This document shows positions 36,195 to 48,640 of a stretch of 64,000 nt of DNA, piece after piece; the first letter of the stretch is position 1, and each line of letters opens with the position of its first letter. The stretch spans positions 124,533,144 to 124,597,143 of the forward strand of contig NC_052163.1 in assembly GCF_902713615.1 (NCBI RefSeq), in the 5' to 3' direction. The notes beneath the pieces are model-generated. The model saw nothing but the letters and a program-made list of their open reading frames with translations. It was not told the origin of the DNA and did no database searches. This DNA is from Scyliorhinus canicula. Taxonomy: Eukaryota. The translations under genes and the position numbers were made by a program.

Positions 36195-37278
36195 AGGGTC
36201 CACCTAACTTGCACATCTTTCGGTTGTGGGGGTGAAAGCCACCCAGACGCAGGGAGAGTGTGCAAACGCCGCACAGACCGTGGGATCGAATCTGGGTCCT
36301 CAGCGTCCTAGGCAGCAGTGCTAACCACTGCGCCACCGTGCACGCAGTAATGTCATGGTGGAATTTGGAGTGGGCAGGTCTCTTTAGGGTAAAGTGAAGT
36401 GGTTGTAGGCACACTGAGGAGTGGGACCGGAATTCTGTCTGAAAACAAATCCGTTAAGTTAAGAGAAATATAATTGGGGTTTTGAGTCCTTCGCTTTGAC
36501 TGTATGCAGCATTTGTGAAATCTACCTCCGGAAGGTTGCAAGCATTTAGATGCTGGGAGGCTAGAGACTGAAATCACAGTGGATCTAACTTGGCATTTAG
36601 ACAATGGCTTTGCTTTCAAGCACTGCAGCAAAGATGTGCTGCTTGTTCCTGCAGGCATCCTGGGTGTCGAGCTTGTAATATTAACAATGTCTCACGTGCT
36701 GAGTTATTTGTATGTATGAGCATTCTGCTGTGATTGTTATCCAGTCATTACTGCTGACCTGTTCGTATACCTGTCAGGGAGATCATTACAGCGACTGACC
36801 TCTTTGAGAATTTATTAACGCAAGTGCTGCAGTCGGAAATCTGTGCGTGTGTGTTTTATTAATTAGATTTGAAAAATTAATTGCGCCACATGGGATTGTG
36901 TGTCCTGATAGTTGACCCTTTTCCCCATCACTTTAGTCTACTTTTGTTTTGAGGCATGATAGATGTGACATTATTGGGTTTTACAGCAGAAAAACCAGCT
37001 GAACTACACTGACGTTTACACTCCACTCTCGCCTCCCTGCTCACTATTTGGACACCTTAGCAGAAAGTAACTACAATCCCTTTCTCCAGAAAAAAAGATT
37101 GGCTTGCGATCTCTCGCCCTTTTACCCCTGGTCATAAACGGAGAGAGACCACAGACAGGTCAAAATCCTGGAACTCCCTCCCTAACAGCACTGTGAGTGT
37201 ACCTACACCACATGGCCTGCAGTGGTTCAAGAAGGCAGCTCACCCACCACCTTCTCTAGGGCGATTAGGGATGGGTAA

Positions 37279-38186
37279 TGTTGCCAATTTAATGGAAAAC
37301 TATCCCACCAGCGTCACCAATAATGTTGCCCTTTAGAGTCGCCTGTATGATACTGAAGCTCTTTTTATGATATGATGTTATGTCCCAACAGCATCGCCAA
37401 TACTGTGGGTGTTTCTGTTTCTCTTACTGAACCACAAGGCTTTCCTGTATATCAGTCAAATGACCACCCAACTAGTTAGTCAGTTCAAGTTCAAAGATGG
37501 TTTATTTACACACAAGTGTTACTTCGACAAGCAAGCATAATATACTACAAGTTAAACTACACCTGTCAGCTACAATAACCTATACTTGACTTCAGGGCGA
37601 CCGGCTCTGTGCAGATGGCTAAGGCCTTTATCTTGATCTCACGTGGCTGGTTTGAAGAAGTGGCTCGGTCTCTGGTGGGCTCATTCGTCAGGTAGCGATT
37701 GAACTTGGTTGTCTGGTCGTTATGCTGCAGGTGGGCTGGCACAGGCCAGTTTCAAAGGAGGCTGGCACAGGCTGGGTCCAAAAGAGACGGAACACACGGC
37801 TGTGTCTCTTTTTATCCCTCTGGGATTTCGCGCTCTTTGGGGTTGTCCTTAATCTTGGACCCAATAATTCGACACGGCTTCGATCACTGTCTTCGATTTT
37901 GGCCAATAAAGTGGCGGGTGCCTTGGTGGCTGGGTGGGTCCTTAGCGGTCATTGACCTTGGCAGTTGGGCTTTCTGAGTAAAGGGAGTGGAGCCGATCAG
38001 TCTGGGGCTGTATCGGTTTCTTGAGTTATTGTTCTGGGGAAATGGGCCATTAGAATGCAAACGAGCGGGGGTCGATCAGGTCTAGCTACCTGCATTTAAA
38101 ATACACAGAAGCTCTGTATCTGTCTGAGTCCTGGGTTGGCCATAATTCCCATGGTCCTTTGCAGGTGGCCATCTCAGATGGCTACA
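37279..38186 (-). mobile_element. Solo LTR (908 bp) inserted in a CR1-like tail
   Basis: Ends TGTTGCC...GGCTACA; 4-bp TSD gtaa at 37275-37278 and 38187-38190; host tail rejoins across it; AATAAA on the minus strand near 37500. Confidence 0.85.
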
Positions 38187-38830
38187 GTAATAAATGCCGG
38201 CCTAGCCAGCGATGCCCACTTCCGGTAAATGAAGTTTTTTGTTTTTTTTTTAAATCAAAAGATGACGCAAAAAGGATTGCAATTGTTTTAAAGCCAGCAC
38301 CAGGTGTATTTTTTTAATGAGTCTCCAAGCTACCATAAACTGAGGTGTTTGATGTGCAGAGTAAACTATAGTTCCGAAGTTAAGGAAAGTAGGTTCAGAG
38401 TGTACATTCAATCATTGCTTCATTCTGAGGCACAGGTTATTATCAACAGCCTGTATCGTCTCTCATTGTGACATTTGCTAAGTGTATGAAATGCCTCAAA
38501 TATTCCAGGGAGTATTATTTGTCAATAACATCATCTTTGCTGGTCTGTTTTCAGACCTAGCTGGTCGAACGCTTGCCTCTGGATCAAAAAACCAGAAGGT
38601 TCAAGATCCGAAGATTGTAGGCTGTTACAATTATACTTGGAGTGCTGTGTGTACAGTTTTGGTCTCTGTACATAAAGGAGGGTATTCGTGCCTTAGAGGG
38701 TGTACAACAAAGGTTCATTAGATTGATTCCTGGAATGTCCCAGATGAAGGGATAGAGTTAAATGGGCCTATGTTCTCACAAAATTGGATGGGTGAAAGGT
38801 GACCACAGTGAAATATACGATTCTCCAGGA

Positions 38831-39367
38831 ACCAGACGAGTGTGAGAGGTGCGGGCTGGGGCCAGCGAATCACACGCGCATGTTTTGGGGTTGCGGAAAA
38901 TTGGGAAGATTCTGGGCGGGAGTGTCCGCGGTCTTAGCCAGGATAGTGGAGGAGGAGTTGGACCCAGACCCTTCGGTGATGATATTTGGGGTTTCAGAGA
39001 AGCCGGAGTTCATGGAGAGGGGGAAGGCCTTTGTCTCTCTGATTGCAAGGCAGCAAAATTTACTGGAGTGGCGGTCGGCATCGCCATCGGGGGGGGGGGG
39101 GTAGCGGCTTGGTTGGGTGACTTGTACGACTTCCTGCGGTTGGAGAAGATAAATATGAGTTAAGGGGCTCTGCAGAGGGGTTTGAGAAAAAGTGGGGAAT
39201 ATTTGTGTTTGAGGAGCTGTTTGTCGTAGGGGGAGGGGTGGGGTGAAAAAGGGAAAAAATTGTTCAGACTGTATAGTTGATTGCTGGGAAGCATGTTTCC
39301 CAGGGTGTTTTATGTTGTAACCTATTTTGATATGATGTTTGCAATAAAATGCATTTAAAGAAAAAAA
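38831..39367 (+). mobile_element. 5'-truncated L1-clade LINE inserted in a CR1 fragment (about 38625-39640)
   Basis: CERCGLGPANHTRMFWGC knuckle; AATAAA plus A tail; TSD gattct(c/g)cagga at 38819-38830 and 39368-39379. Confidence 0.88.
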
Positions 39368-39644
39368 GATTCTGCAGGAGCTTGATATTGGATGAATACG
39401 GAGAACCTATTTCTCTCCAGCCAGTGAGTCTGAAATTCGGAGGCAGAGACTCAGCATAATTTTGGAATGGGATGACAGAGAAATGTCTTCACTCCGATGG
39501 CCTGAAATGTGGGAATCCTTTACCCCCCGAGAGCTAAGGGTGCTCAATCATTGAGTGTATTCCAGGTTAAGATGAATAGGTTGAGGTTGAAAATTTGATT
39601 AAATAGCAGTGCTTGCTCACCTCCTCTGCTCACATAAGTGTCCA

Positions 39645-39730
39645 CATTTGCACGTGTACATGTGCGCATGCAAGCATGTGCATGTGCAGGCATGTACACA
39701 TGCGCACACATGTGGGCGAGTGCACACGTT
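39645..39730. repeat. Mostly alternating purine-pyrimidine tract
   Basis: GCACGTGTACATGTGCGCATGC...GCATGTACACATGCGCACACATGTG. Confidence 0.8.
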
Positions 39731-40740
39731 ACAGAATAGGAGAAGATAGATTGGCCAAATTAGAGTCTGTATGAAATAAAAGTTCAAAGTTCATAGCTTG
39801 GGAGTATTTACTGGCTACAGGTAAAATATAGTGGCTCAAACTCTAACTGGGTTTTCTGATTTCTAGAGATGCTGCATTGGAATTATATTCTTCCTTCAAT
39901 AAAATCTGTTTACCGCAGAATGGAGATAAAGTCAAATTAGTAGATGGAGTCTAAACCTCTCCGTGGGGGACTGAGGGGGAGAGTTGGAGCTCCACTCGAC
40001 TCCGCTGCTAGCCCAGTACCTCAGAGAACCACGTGCTTAAACCACACAAAGGCCTTGGGCTCATCATGTGATCTCTCCAGCTGGCAGTCATTCAGATATA
40101 GTTGTGTATTCCATTTATAACTTGATTAGCTCGTCTGGAGAGCGATCTTAAAAATCAAGCTCCTCTTGTCCAAGCAATTAACCTTTAGATGGTTCGTCTT
40201 CAGCTGTTGAATACTGTAGGTGGCTTCCATTGATGTCTTGTTGATACGGCAGGAAGGAAGGTCATTCACAAACCCCAGGCGAGTGCCGTTGTCTGTGATG
40301 GGTTTTGCAGACTTGCTGTTTGCTCTCCATAGAGTAAGAACGTGGAATATAAAGTCATGTAAATTAGACTCTGCCATGTTGATGCAAGTTGAAATCGCTT
40401 TCGTCTATTTTTTTAAAAATCTCATCTCTTTTAAAAGCCTAATTCCTGTTTCCAGCAATGAATTAAAAACTAGTATTGGAAAAAAATATGTTTTCGTGTT
40501 GGCAGGAGAAATATTCCTCTTTATTCTTCAGTATCACTAGAGTGACTCACCGAAATATTGATTGGCACCCAAGGAACACCGTATTGAAGTGAGCTAGCTG
40601 GTGCAACATTTTGGAAAGCCTATCGATAGGGCACTGCCTGTAACAGTTTACCTACACTTGTTGTTATGATCCCAGTGGAGACCAATATTGTTTAAAAGGA
40701 AAATTCAAACTTCCAGTAAATAGCTAAAAGAATGATGTCA

Positions 40741-40966
40741 AGGGCAGCACGGTGGCCTAGTGGTTAGCACAACCGCCTCACGGCGCTGAGGTCCCAGGTT
40801 CGATCCCGGCTCTGGGTCACTGTCCGTGTGGAGTTTGCACGTTCTCCCCGTGTCTGCCTGGGTTTCGCCCCCACAACCCAAAAATGTGCAGAGTAGGTGG
40901 ATTGGCCACGCTAAATTGCCCCTTAATTGGAAAAAATAATTGGGTAATCTAAATTTATTTTTAAAA
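40741..40966 (+). mobile_element. V-SINE family B (young subfamily)
   Basis: TSD aatgatgtca at 40731-40740 and 40967-40976. Confidence 0.92.
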
Positions 40967-41550
40967 AATGATGTCATGGCTTCACGTTTACTGTAACAAA
41001 TGACTAAAACACTATAATCTGAACACTCTCTTTGTGGACAACCTGTACTTTAACCTGTACTTTAATGGGGGTTAATATTAGCCCAATGAAAAAAACACTT
41101 CACAGGTATACTTTACATAAACATAAAATTTTCCCAGGATCAATCCCAAAGTGATTCCTTGCCCGCAAAGATTTATTCCTGATCTCTGGTGACTTGTAGG
41201 CTTAGAACTGTCTTTCGCATTGAGGTTTTCTTTTCCTGGAGATACTTGCTTTAGCTCAAGCTAGCAACTCTTCCAGCCTTGTTTTTAATTGCTCATGAAT
41301 TTGGTGTTTTCAATCAATCAGAGTATGAGCTTCCTCCTTCATTCCTGTGCAGCAAACTATAGAGACGTGTTTTTGCTTCCGGCTGCTCCCTCTCTCCCAG
41401 ATATCAATGCACTCCCAAAATACTGTCTGTGATATTTTCGGAAAGTCTGTGTCCTAATCTTTTGTATAGTTTCCTCTGCATCCTTCCCGTGGTCATGTGA
41501 ACCAAACGGGCCTTGTATCCAGGTGGGGATGCTGATTAATTATCCTTGAG

Positions 41551-41854
41551 AAATAAATAAATTTTATTATTGTCACAAGTAGGCTTACATTAACACTGCA
41601 ATTACGTTACTGTAAAATTCCCTAAGTCACCACACCTCTTCGGGTACACAGACAGCAAATTCAGATTGTCCAGTTCATCTAACAAGCATGTCTTTCGGGA
41701 CTTGTGGGAGGAAACTGGAGCACCCGGAGGAAACCCATGCAGACACTAGGAGAACGTGCAGACTCCGCACCAACAAGTGACCCAAGCCGGGAATCGACCT
41801 GGGTCCCTGGCACTGTGAAGCAACAGTGTTAACCACTGTGCTAATGTGTCGCCC
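41551..41854 (-). mobile_element. V-SINE family C (V-SINE head, T3 tail)
   Basis: V core followed by TTGCAGTGTTAATGTAAGCCTACTTGTGACAATAAT on the minus strand. Confidence 0.85.
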
Positions 41855-42772
41855 ACAATCCAACTCTCATCTTGGAACTAAATGGGCAGTTTTAAGCTCA
41901 ATTGTTTACAACCCGATACGTTCAATACCTTTCTGGGACTTTGGGAGGCTCCGCTTCTATACCTGGCGAATTGAGAGACTGCTGTCACTGTCTCCAGCTG
42001 TAAGTACCTTAGAAAAAAAATCACCCCCCTACCCTGGGCCTCTTTAACCCTCCAGGTTTGCTGTCAATGCAGACTTCAGCACAGTTCACGTTTCCCACAC
42101 GTTTCACCTTAAATTAAAGGCACAGATGTCCCTGTTGGCGTTTAATCACTGAGATTTCATCAGGGATTCTCCCAAATGGTCACTATAACTTTGTAAGATG
42201 GGCAGAATGCTGTAACAAGGCACAGACCTCTACCCTGGCACTGGACTTATTTACAGCAGCCTTAACGATCACTGCCTCCTAACCATTAACTCAGATTTCT
42301 GGCCACCACTCTCCATCAGCGCTTTCATACAATTTGAAAATTCCAATTACCTGTGTACCTTTAATGGGATAATCGACCAACTGTTAACAACCCATGGCAG
42401 AAACTGGCACTGTGGGGGGTGCTGTGTCAAGACTTAATTGGGCAGTGCCGTGAGAGCTCTCGTTAGCGATATAGGCTTCAAACATTCGGGACTCTGGTCC
42501 GAAACCTACGATTAACCGCTGGCACCAGCTCACTGCGTCTCAACGTGAATTGGCAGGAGGGCAGAACAGTAGATGTTTTTTATTCAACGGTGTGTGATGC
42601 ATTGGTTAATTGTGCAAAAACAAGCAATTGTGAAATATTTTGACTTTGTTTCCCCAAGGATAAGTACCAAAGATGTAGCTTTAATTTTGGAATGAGGAGA
42701 AAAAAGGATCTGTTTTTTTTTTCTCCCTGGAATTTGTCGTTTTGAAACTTCTTTTGTGTTTTTCAACCACAG

Positions 42773-42836
42773 CCTCAAGTTGGAATGTGACAAACTGGCC
42801 AGTGAAAAGACGGAAATGCAACGCCATTATGTCATG
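42773..42836 (+). CDS. TLE5: TLE5/AES coding exon 3, (S)[21 protein letters not shown]
   Basis: ccacAG acceptor, ATG|GTATGG donor; 64 nt, in frame with exon 2; Groucho Q-domain peptide. Confidence 0.96.
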
Positions 42837-43399
42837 GTATGGACCCTTCACTTGATTCTTGCTCTGCAAAAGAGATGAAGTCTACCTGATTGTGCCTTGC
42901 ATATTGTAGATATTTAGAACTCTAAATGTGGCTGGAGGGTGCCTCTTAATAATTAAGGAGCTACAAATCTTAAGTACCATGTCATGATGTACACTGTTGC
43001 CACCTTCTGATTTAAAAAAAAAAAATGAGATGTAGTTGGAATGCTGTGAACACAGCCAAACTATTTGCACCACTTGACAGCCCTAACCCTTCAGCCTAAT
43101 CTGGGTTACTGGGCACAGCTCGCCAACAGGTTTTGTATTACCCAGAACAATTACTGCAGTTCGCTGAGACGTCCCGCTGTATTTCATATACCCATTTTGA
43201 CTCTTTGAACATCAGGAGTAACCCACTGATAAATTTTCTATTGGAAGAGTGTTCGTCTTTCTCTGATGCGCAACAGGATTACTTTACTGAGTTAAACTGA
43301 ATATTGAGTGAAGTGTGTTTGCTATCTCGGCATCGTTTTCTGTACTTCTCAATGTGATCTGTATCTGATCATAATTTAGCCCCAAGCCCAGCCCCCATT

Positions 43400-43615
43400 C
43401 GTTTTTTAGAATTTGAAGTGTCCGGTTCTTCTTTTTCCAATTAAGGGGCAATTTTAGCGTGTCCAATCCATCTACCGTGCACATCTTTTGAGTTGTGGGG
43501 GGTGAGACTCACGCAGATGCAGGGGGAATGTGCAACTCCACACAGACAGTGACCCGGGGCTGGGATCGAACCTGGGTCCTTGGTGCCGTGAGGCAGCAGT
43601 GCTAACCACTGCCAC
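43400..43615 (-). mobile_element. V-SINE family B, older copy
   Basis: Reverse complement of family B; no clear TSD. Confidence 0.8.
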
Positions 43616-44291
43616 CCTACCCACCTCCAAATCTTGAATGGTGTATGTTTGTAGATGTTTTGGCGGGGAACATGGTGCAAATCTGAATCAGCTGAAGCGT
43701 TTCCGAGTATCTAGGGTCCAATGTAAGTAACCGCCCGCCCATAAACACGAGTAGGCAGTCGATGCCAGTGGCTCTGTATCTTGACTTCTGCATTCAGGAG
43801 AGAACGAGTGCCTCTTGTTTTTTGTTTTTTTTAAATGCATCGGGTTCGCAATATGCATTGTGTTTTATATCACTTTCAACTTGAGAATCTGGCTCTAAAG
43901 AATTGACTTTTGCACATTGAGTTAATGACTGTGTCAGATTTGGTGCATGAGGAAGTGTTACAATTCCAGTTGATATAACTGGGCAGGAAGATCACATAAT
44001 GGAACCCTGACTCAAAAGAAAGATCGTAACTTTGAAAAAAATAAGGTGGAGGAATAGAGTCACAGTACCGCTAATTAATTTCAACGACAAGGAAAGAATG
44101 TTAATTAAACATGAAAAAAATTGGGTTATTCAATATTCTATACTCCCTCCTTGCCTTCACGATTACACTCCGGCTTTAGGATTGATACAGATTACAAAGT
44201 GCATCTTAAGCTACAATGGTCTCATTAACACACTCCCTTTTATCACACAAGATGACTGTGGTCAAATACACACTCTACTCTGAAGCCAAGT

Positions 44292-47200
44292 TATCACAAT
44301 CCCAGACAGACCCCAACAGTGGCTAGGAGACTGGACTGGAACCCCAATATTTTAGCTTATTTTAAGACTGTGCAGAAGGAATGATTCGCTCCAGGGGTGA
44401 TTTCATGAAAAAAATATGGCTTTGGTATTTCTAAAACAAAACTTTATTGTACATACAATATTTAGATTTGAAATTCACACCTGGCATTGCTGCTTCAACT
44501 GGGCTGTTTAAACTCTTTGTTGTCTTCAGACAAGACTGCTTTGCTTTTTAAACTATTACTACTTTTTTTTTAAAATTCTCCACTGGAGAAAACTGCCTTA
44601 CTTGTGGTCTAACAAAAACATGGGTTGCTAGGTCAGACTTCACTTCCAAAAGCCTTTTTCCAACAAAACTCTTGTCTCTCTAATGCTTTCAAAATGTCGC
44701 CTTCCTTTGCTCCACCCAGTAATGACCTCATCTCTCCAAGCTAAAAAACAAACTAACTCCCCAGGGACTGAAAGCACATCAACTCCCCAGGAAAACCACT
44801 GGGCATTAGCCCAAACTGAAAAATACATTTCTGGGTCAACTTCACCTGCTGGCTGCTAAAACCACCCCGGCCCAGCAGATCCAAATTCATTTTTTTTTTT
44901 AAATGACCATTGCAATTGAACACGTTTTAACCCCAGGTTTTGAATCTGCAAATTGCCCAAAGCATTTGTATATCGTCACAGTATCTGTGGATTTCTCCTC
45001 CGAATCCCCCCCGGAGAGTTTCCAAACTCCATTCCCAAAAACACACTTTTTAAAATAAAATCATGTTTCCGCTTCGCAGTCTGTATTCCAAAATCCTGTC
45101 CAGGTTTTCCAAATGACCCACTCCTCTCCCCCCAAAATCGTCTATGCACAGCTTCCACCTCTTGGTGACCCCCCCTCCCCCCTAATGGTGAACTTTGCCA
45201 AATCGCTCACCCACACCCCTGCACTGGGTGGCTCCGCCTCCCGCCAACACAACGCAATCCTTCTCCGGGCTATCAAGGCGACAAAGGCCATCACAACGGC
45301 CTCTCGCTCCCCACCTTCACTCCCAGACCCTCCGACACTCCCAAATATCGCCACCTCCAGACTCTGAGCTACTGTTATCCCCAAAATCTCCAACATTACA
45401 TCTCCAAATCACGTCCAAAACCCCCTCAAACAAGCCCAAAACACATGGGACATGTTTTGCTGGCCTCCCCGCACACCGCCCTTAGCTGTCCTCCACCCCT
45501 GGAAAGAACCGTCTTATCCTGGACGCCACCATGTGGGCCCTGTGTACCACTTTAAACTGGATGAGACTTAGTCTTGCACACGACAAGGACGTATTAACCC
45601 TCTGCAAAAGCCTCACTCCATACTCCCGTGCCCCACCCAGCTCCTCCCCTCACTTATGCCTAACCTCCTCCACCGGGGGCACTCTCTTCACCAGCTCCCC
45701 ATATATATCTGAGACCTTGCTCTCATTTCCTCCTCTAACGGGAGCTTATCCTGCAGCACAAAGGGTGGCAGCATTGGAATAAAGCCACCTCCTTCATAAA
45801 GTCCCTCACCTGTAGATACCAGAATCAATTCCCCTTCGGCAACTGGTATGTCTCCTCCAGGCCTGCAAACATCCCACCAGCAAATAAATCTCCCAAGTAT
45901 TCTACCCCGCTTGCTGTCAACCCCAGAACCTCGCAGCCAACCCCGCCGGGGCAATCCTATGATTGTCGCAAATCGGCGCCCATACCTCTTCCCATGGCCA
46001 CAAGTCCAAACTCCATCTGATGCTTCTGTGTCTCCTTCAACAGTGCCCCCTCAGGCAATGCCGAGTACTTCCAGACGACCCTCAAAACGGCCTCCACCAG
46101 CCTCAACCTCTTAGCCTGCGCCCCCTTCTCTTTGTGCGCCTATTTCAAAATAAACTCCCCCCTTACCATCACCTTATCGCTTCCCACAATGTGGAGGCAG
46201 AAGCCTCCTCCTTATTCTGCTCCACGCGCCGGAATGTGGCGACTAGGGTCTTTTCACAGTAACTTCATTGAAGCCTACTGGTGACAAGCGATTTTCATAG
46301 TTCCGGATGGCCAACCCTATCTTTTCGCAAACCTCCTTTTTCCAATTAAGGGGCAATTCAGTGTGGCCAATCCACCTATCCTCCACATCTTTGGGCTGTG
46401 GGAGCAAAACCCACGCAAACACTGGGAGAATGTGCCAATTCCACACGGACAGTGACCCAGAGCCAGGATCGAACCTGGGACCGTGGCGCCGTGAGGCTGC
46501 AGGGCTAACCTGCTGCCCACGGAACACTCTTATTGATCAACGCTGCCACCTCTCTCGTCTTCATACCCAACCCCTGCCTTTCCTCAGCCTGGTCTGTTTC
46601 CCCGCCTTCAGATGCTTGAAAAAGCAAGACCTCTTAATTGGCCCACTTAATCCCTGAATGTTGAACATAATCAACCAGGGTGGGAGCCAGCTCCCCCAGA
46701 TCCGCGCCTTGCTCACCCTCTGGGCCTCCCCAAGATGTCCGCCACCATCCTCCTTCGCCAAATGCGCCACACTAACTATGCCCCTGTCAACAACCCTCCC
46801 CCCCCCCCATAAACAAAGAATCAAAAAACCAACCCGCCCCACCACCCCTCCCCATTTCCCTCGACAATTGACTCCCCACTTCACTCCTGTTAACTAGCCT
46901 ACCTGTTGGCATGGTGGCCCCCACTCGAGACAGCTGCCAACCTCCCCGAGCCACCCCTCGCCTGTAATTCCCCAGGAACAGTGAAACACACTTGCCCAAT
47001 CCACCCAAACACAGTAAATTGCAACATTCCGTCCAGCAAACGTCGACATTCCCTGCACTGGCATCTCCAAAGTTCCATGTCCTCAATAGTCCCCTACTCC
47101 ATGGTCTCGTTAATGGAGTCTCCTCAATCAAAATAGAATTCCTGATTCTGGTGCATGACCCAAAGATGAGCAGGATAGAACACCCCGGCCATTTTGATCT

Positions 47201-48473
47201 TGCTGAACCCAGCCTGCCACTTGGCCAACTCCGAACCCAAGTCCTGGCAGATACGCAACGTTTCCTTCCCAGGTACACTCTCTCATCGTCTTTGCCCACT
47301 GCAGAATCTTCTCGGTATCCAGAAAACAATGCAACCGCACTACCTTCATCCTCATGTCCCCCGCCACCATCAGCCGCCTCCTCAACACCCTGTGCGCGCT
47401 CTCCATTACGGGAGGTTCATCAAAGCCCCCTCCCCCACCAAATTCTCGAACATCCTCGCCACTTTGTGGCCTACGTTCCCTCAAACCCTTCAGGCAACCC
47501 CACAATCTGGACATTCTGCGTCCTGGCCAGACTGCTGACCCTTGATCGTTGCACGCCTCGTCTGATAAGCCATAAATACGCCTTATCTGAGGAGAATTGC
47601 TATCTCTTACTAATCATGCAATTTGATCCAGCAAACACCATAAAGCCGGTGAAAAGTACCAAACAATTCCACCTTGAGCAGGAGCCACAAAATATGCGAC
47701 TATTCCTCCACGGCTGCCACCGGAAGTCTGGCACTTTTTAAAAAAACAAGCTTCCCCTCCAATTTTGCTGGCGAATCCAATCCAGTATTTTACACCAACC
47801 CTTTCTCGGATTTCCTTGTCTTGACAGCTATACGAGTGGTTCACAATTGCTTTAACTCTCAATTGCCGAACTCTATTAAAATTACATCAAATGTTTAATC
47901 TATCTCTGAAGTCTGCTGTCCCACTTTAAATCTAGTCACTCCAATTGTCTCTTTGACTCTGAATACTTTGATTACCTTTCTGTGAATTCTTCTGAACAAT
48001 ACCTTGGATTCTTGTTCACTTAACTTCAGGAGTCTTGAATGTTCTTTCTATCCCAATTCCCTGGTTATCTGGATGGTATCTTGTTCCTTAGGAAGCTTGA
48101 ATCTTTGCAACTCCATTGTCTTGTCCCGCTTCTCCTGGCAGAGTTTGAGAGCTGTTCACTCTCAAGTGAAATGTCTCCAACTTCAATCAAATTTGTTGAG
48201 CTAAACCTTCCCTACTGTACCAGGTTGCTAAGCACCCGCTTCTAGTTTATTTATTCTTCATGCCGTAGCCCTCTCTAAGCACAATAGAAACACAGTTGGA
48301 ACTTAACCAACCCCCACACATACAAACACCTTTGTCCAGCATGAATCTAACTATAGGTTTAACCCTTCCAGGTGCAGAAGTATTAAATTAAACCCACTTA
48401 AAACTATACCTTATTTCTAATGTTTATCAATACAAATCTAATTCCCTTAAAACTGCCTTTTGTTTTCTGAACA
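44292..48473. mobile_element. Large solo LTR (about 1.5 kb) split by an L1 insertion
   Basis: Ends T(A)TCAC...AACA; 5-bp TSD caagt at 44287-44291 and 48474-48478; start ATCCCAG resembles the 40662 LTR. Confidence 0.65.
45056..47731 (-). mobile_element. End-to-end but internally deleted L1-clade LINE (5' UTR, ORF1 relic, ORF2 3' relic), containing SINE fragments at about 46227-46520
   Basis: 5' end GACTTCCGGTGGC; ORF1-like QNVQIVGLPEG; ORF2 C-terminal AFVALIARRRI; 12-bp TSD cactttttaaaa at 45044-45055 and 47732-47743 containing a TTTT/AAAA site. Confidence 0.82.
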
Positions 48474-48595
48474 CAAGTGACCATTGACAATCACAAATGG
48501 ATATCTTGATCACTGTAACATGGTTATGTGGACCACAGTGGGTTCATCCGTAACAGTGAGAGACATTAACATTTATTTCTTGGTTTCTCCTCCAG

Positions 48596-48640
48596 TATTA
48601 TGAAATGTCGTATGGTTTGAACATCGAAATGCACAAACAG
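48596..48640 (+). CDS. TLE5: TLE5/AES coding exon 4, YYEMSYGLNIEMHKQ
   Basis: ctccAG acceptor, CAG|GTAAGT donor; 45 nt; invariant Groucho/TLE peptide in frame with exon 3. Confidence 0.97.

Larger units (their letters stand above)
40662..42190. mobile_element. Solo LTR containing family B and family C SINEs
   Basis: Ends TGTTAT...ATAAC(T); 4-bp TSD ttgt at 40658-40661 and 42191-42194. Confidence 0.7.

Noticed and set aside
46992-47741. Longest ORF in the track (249 aa, + strand)
   Set aside because: Antisense to an L1 ORF1/5' UTR relic; no recognisable domain.
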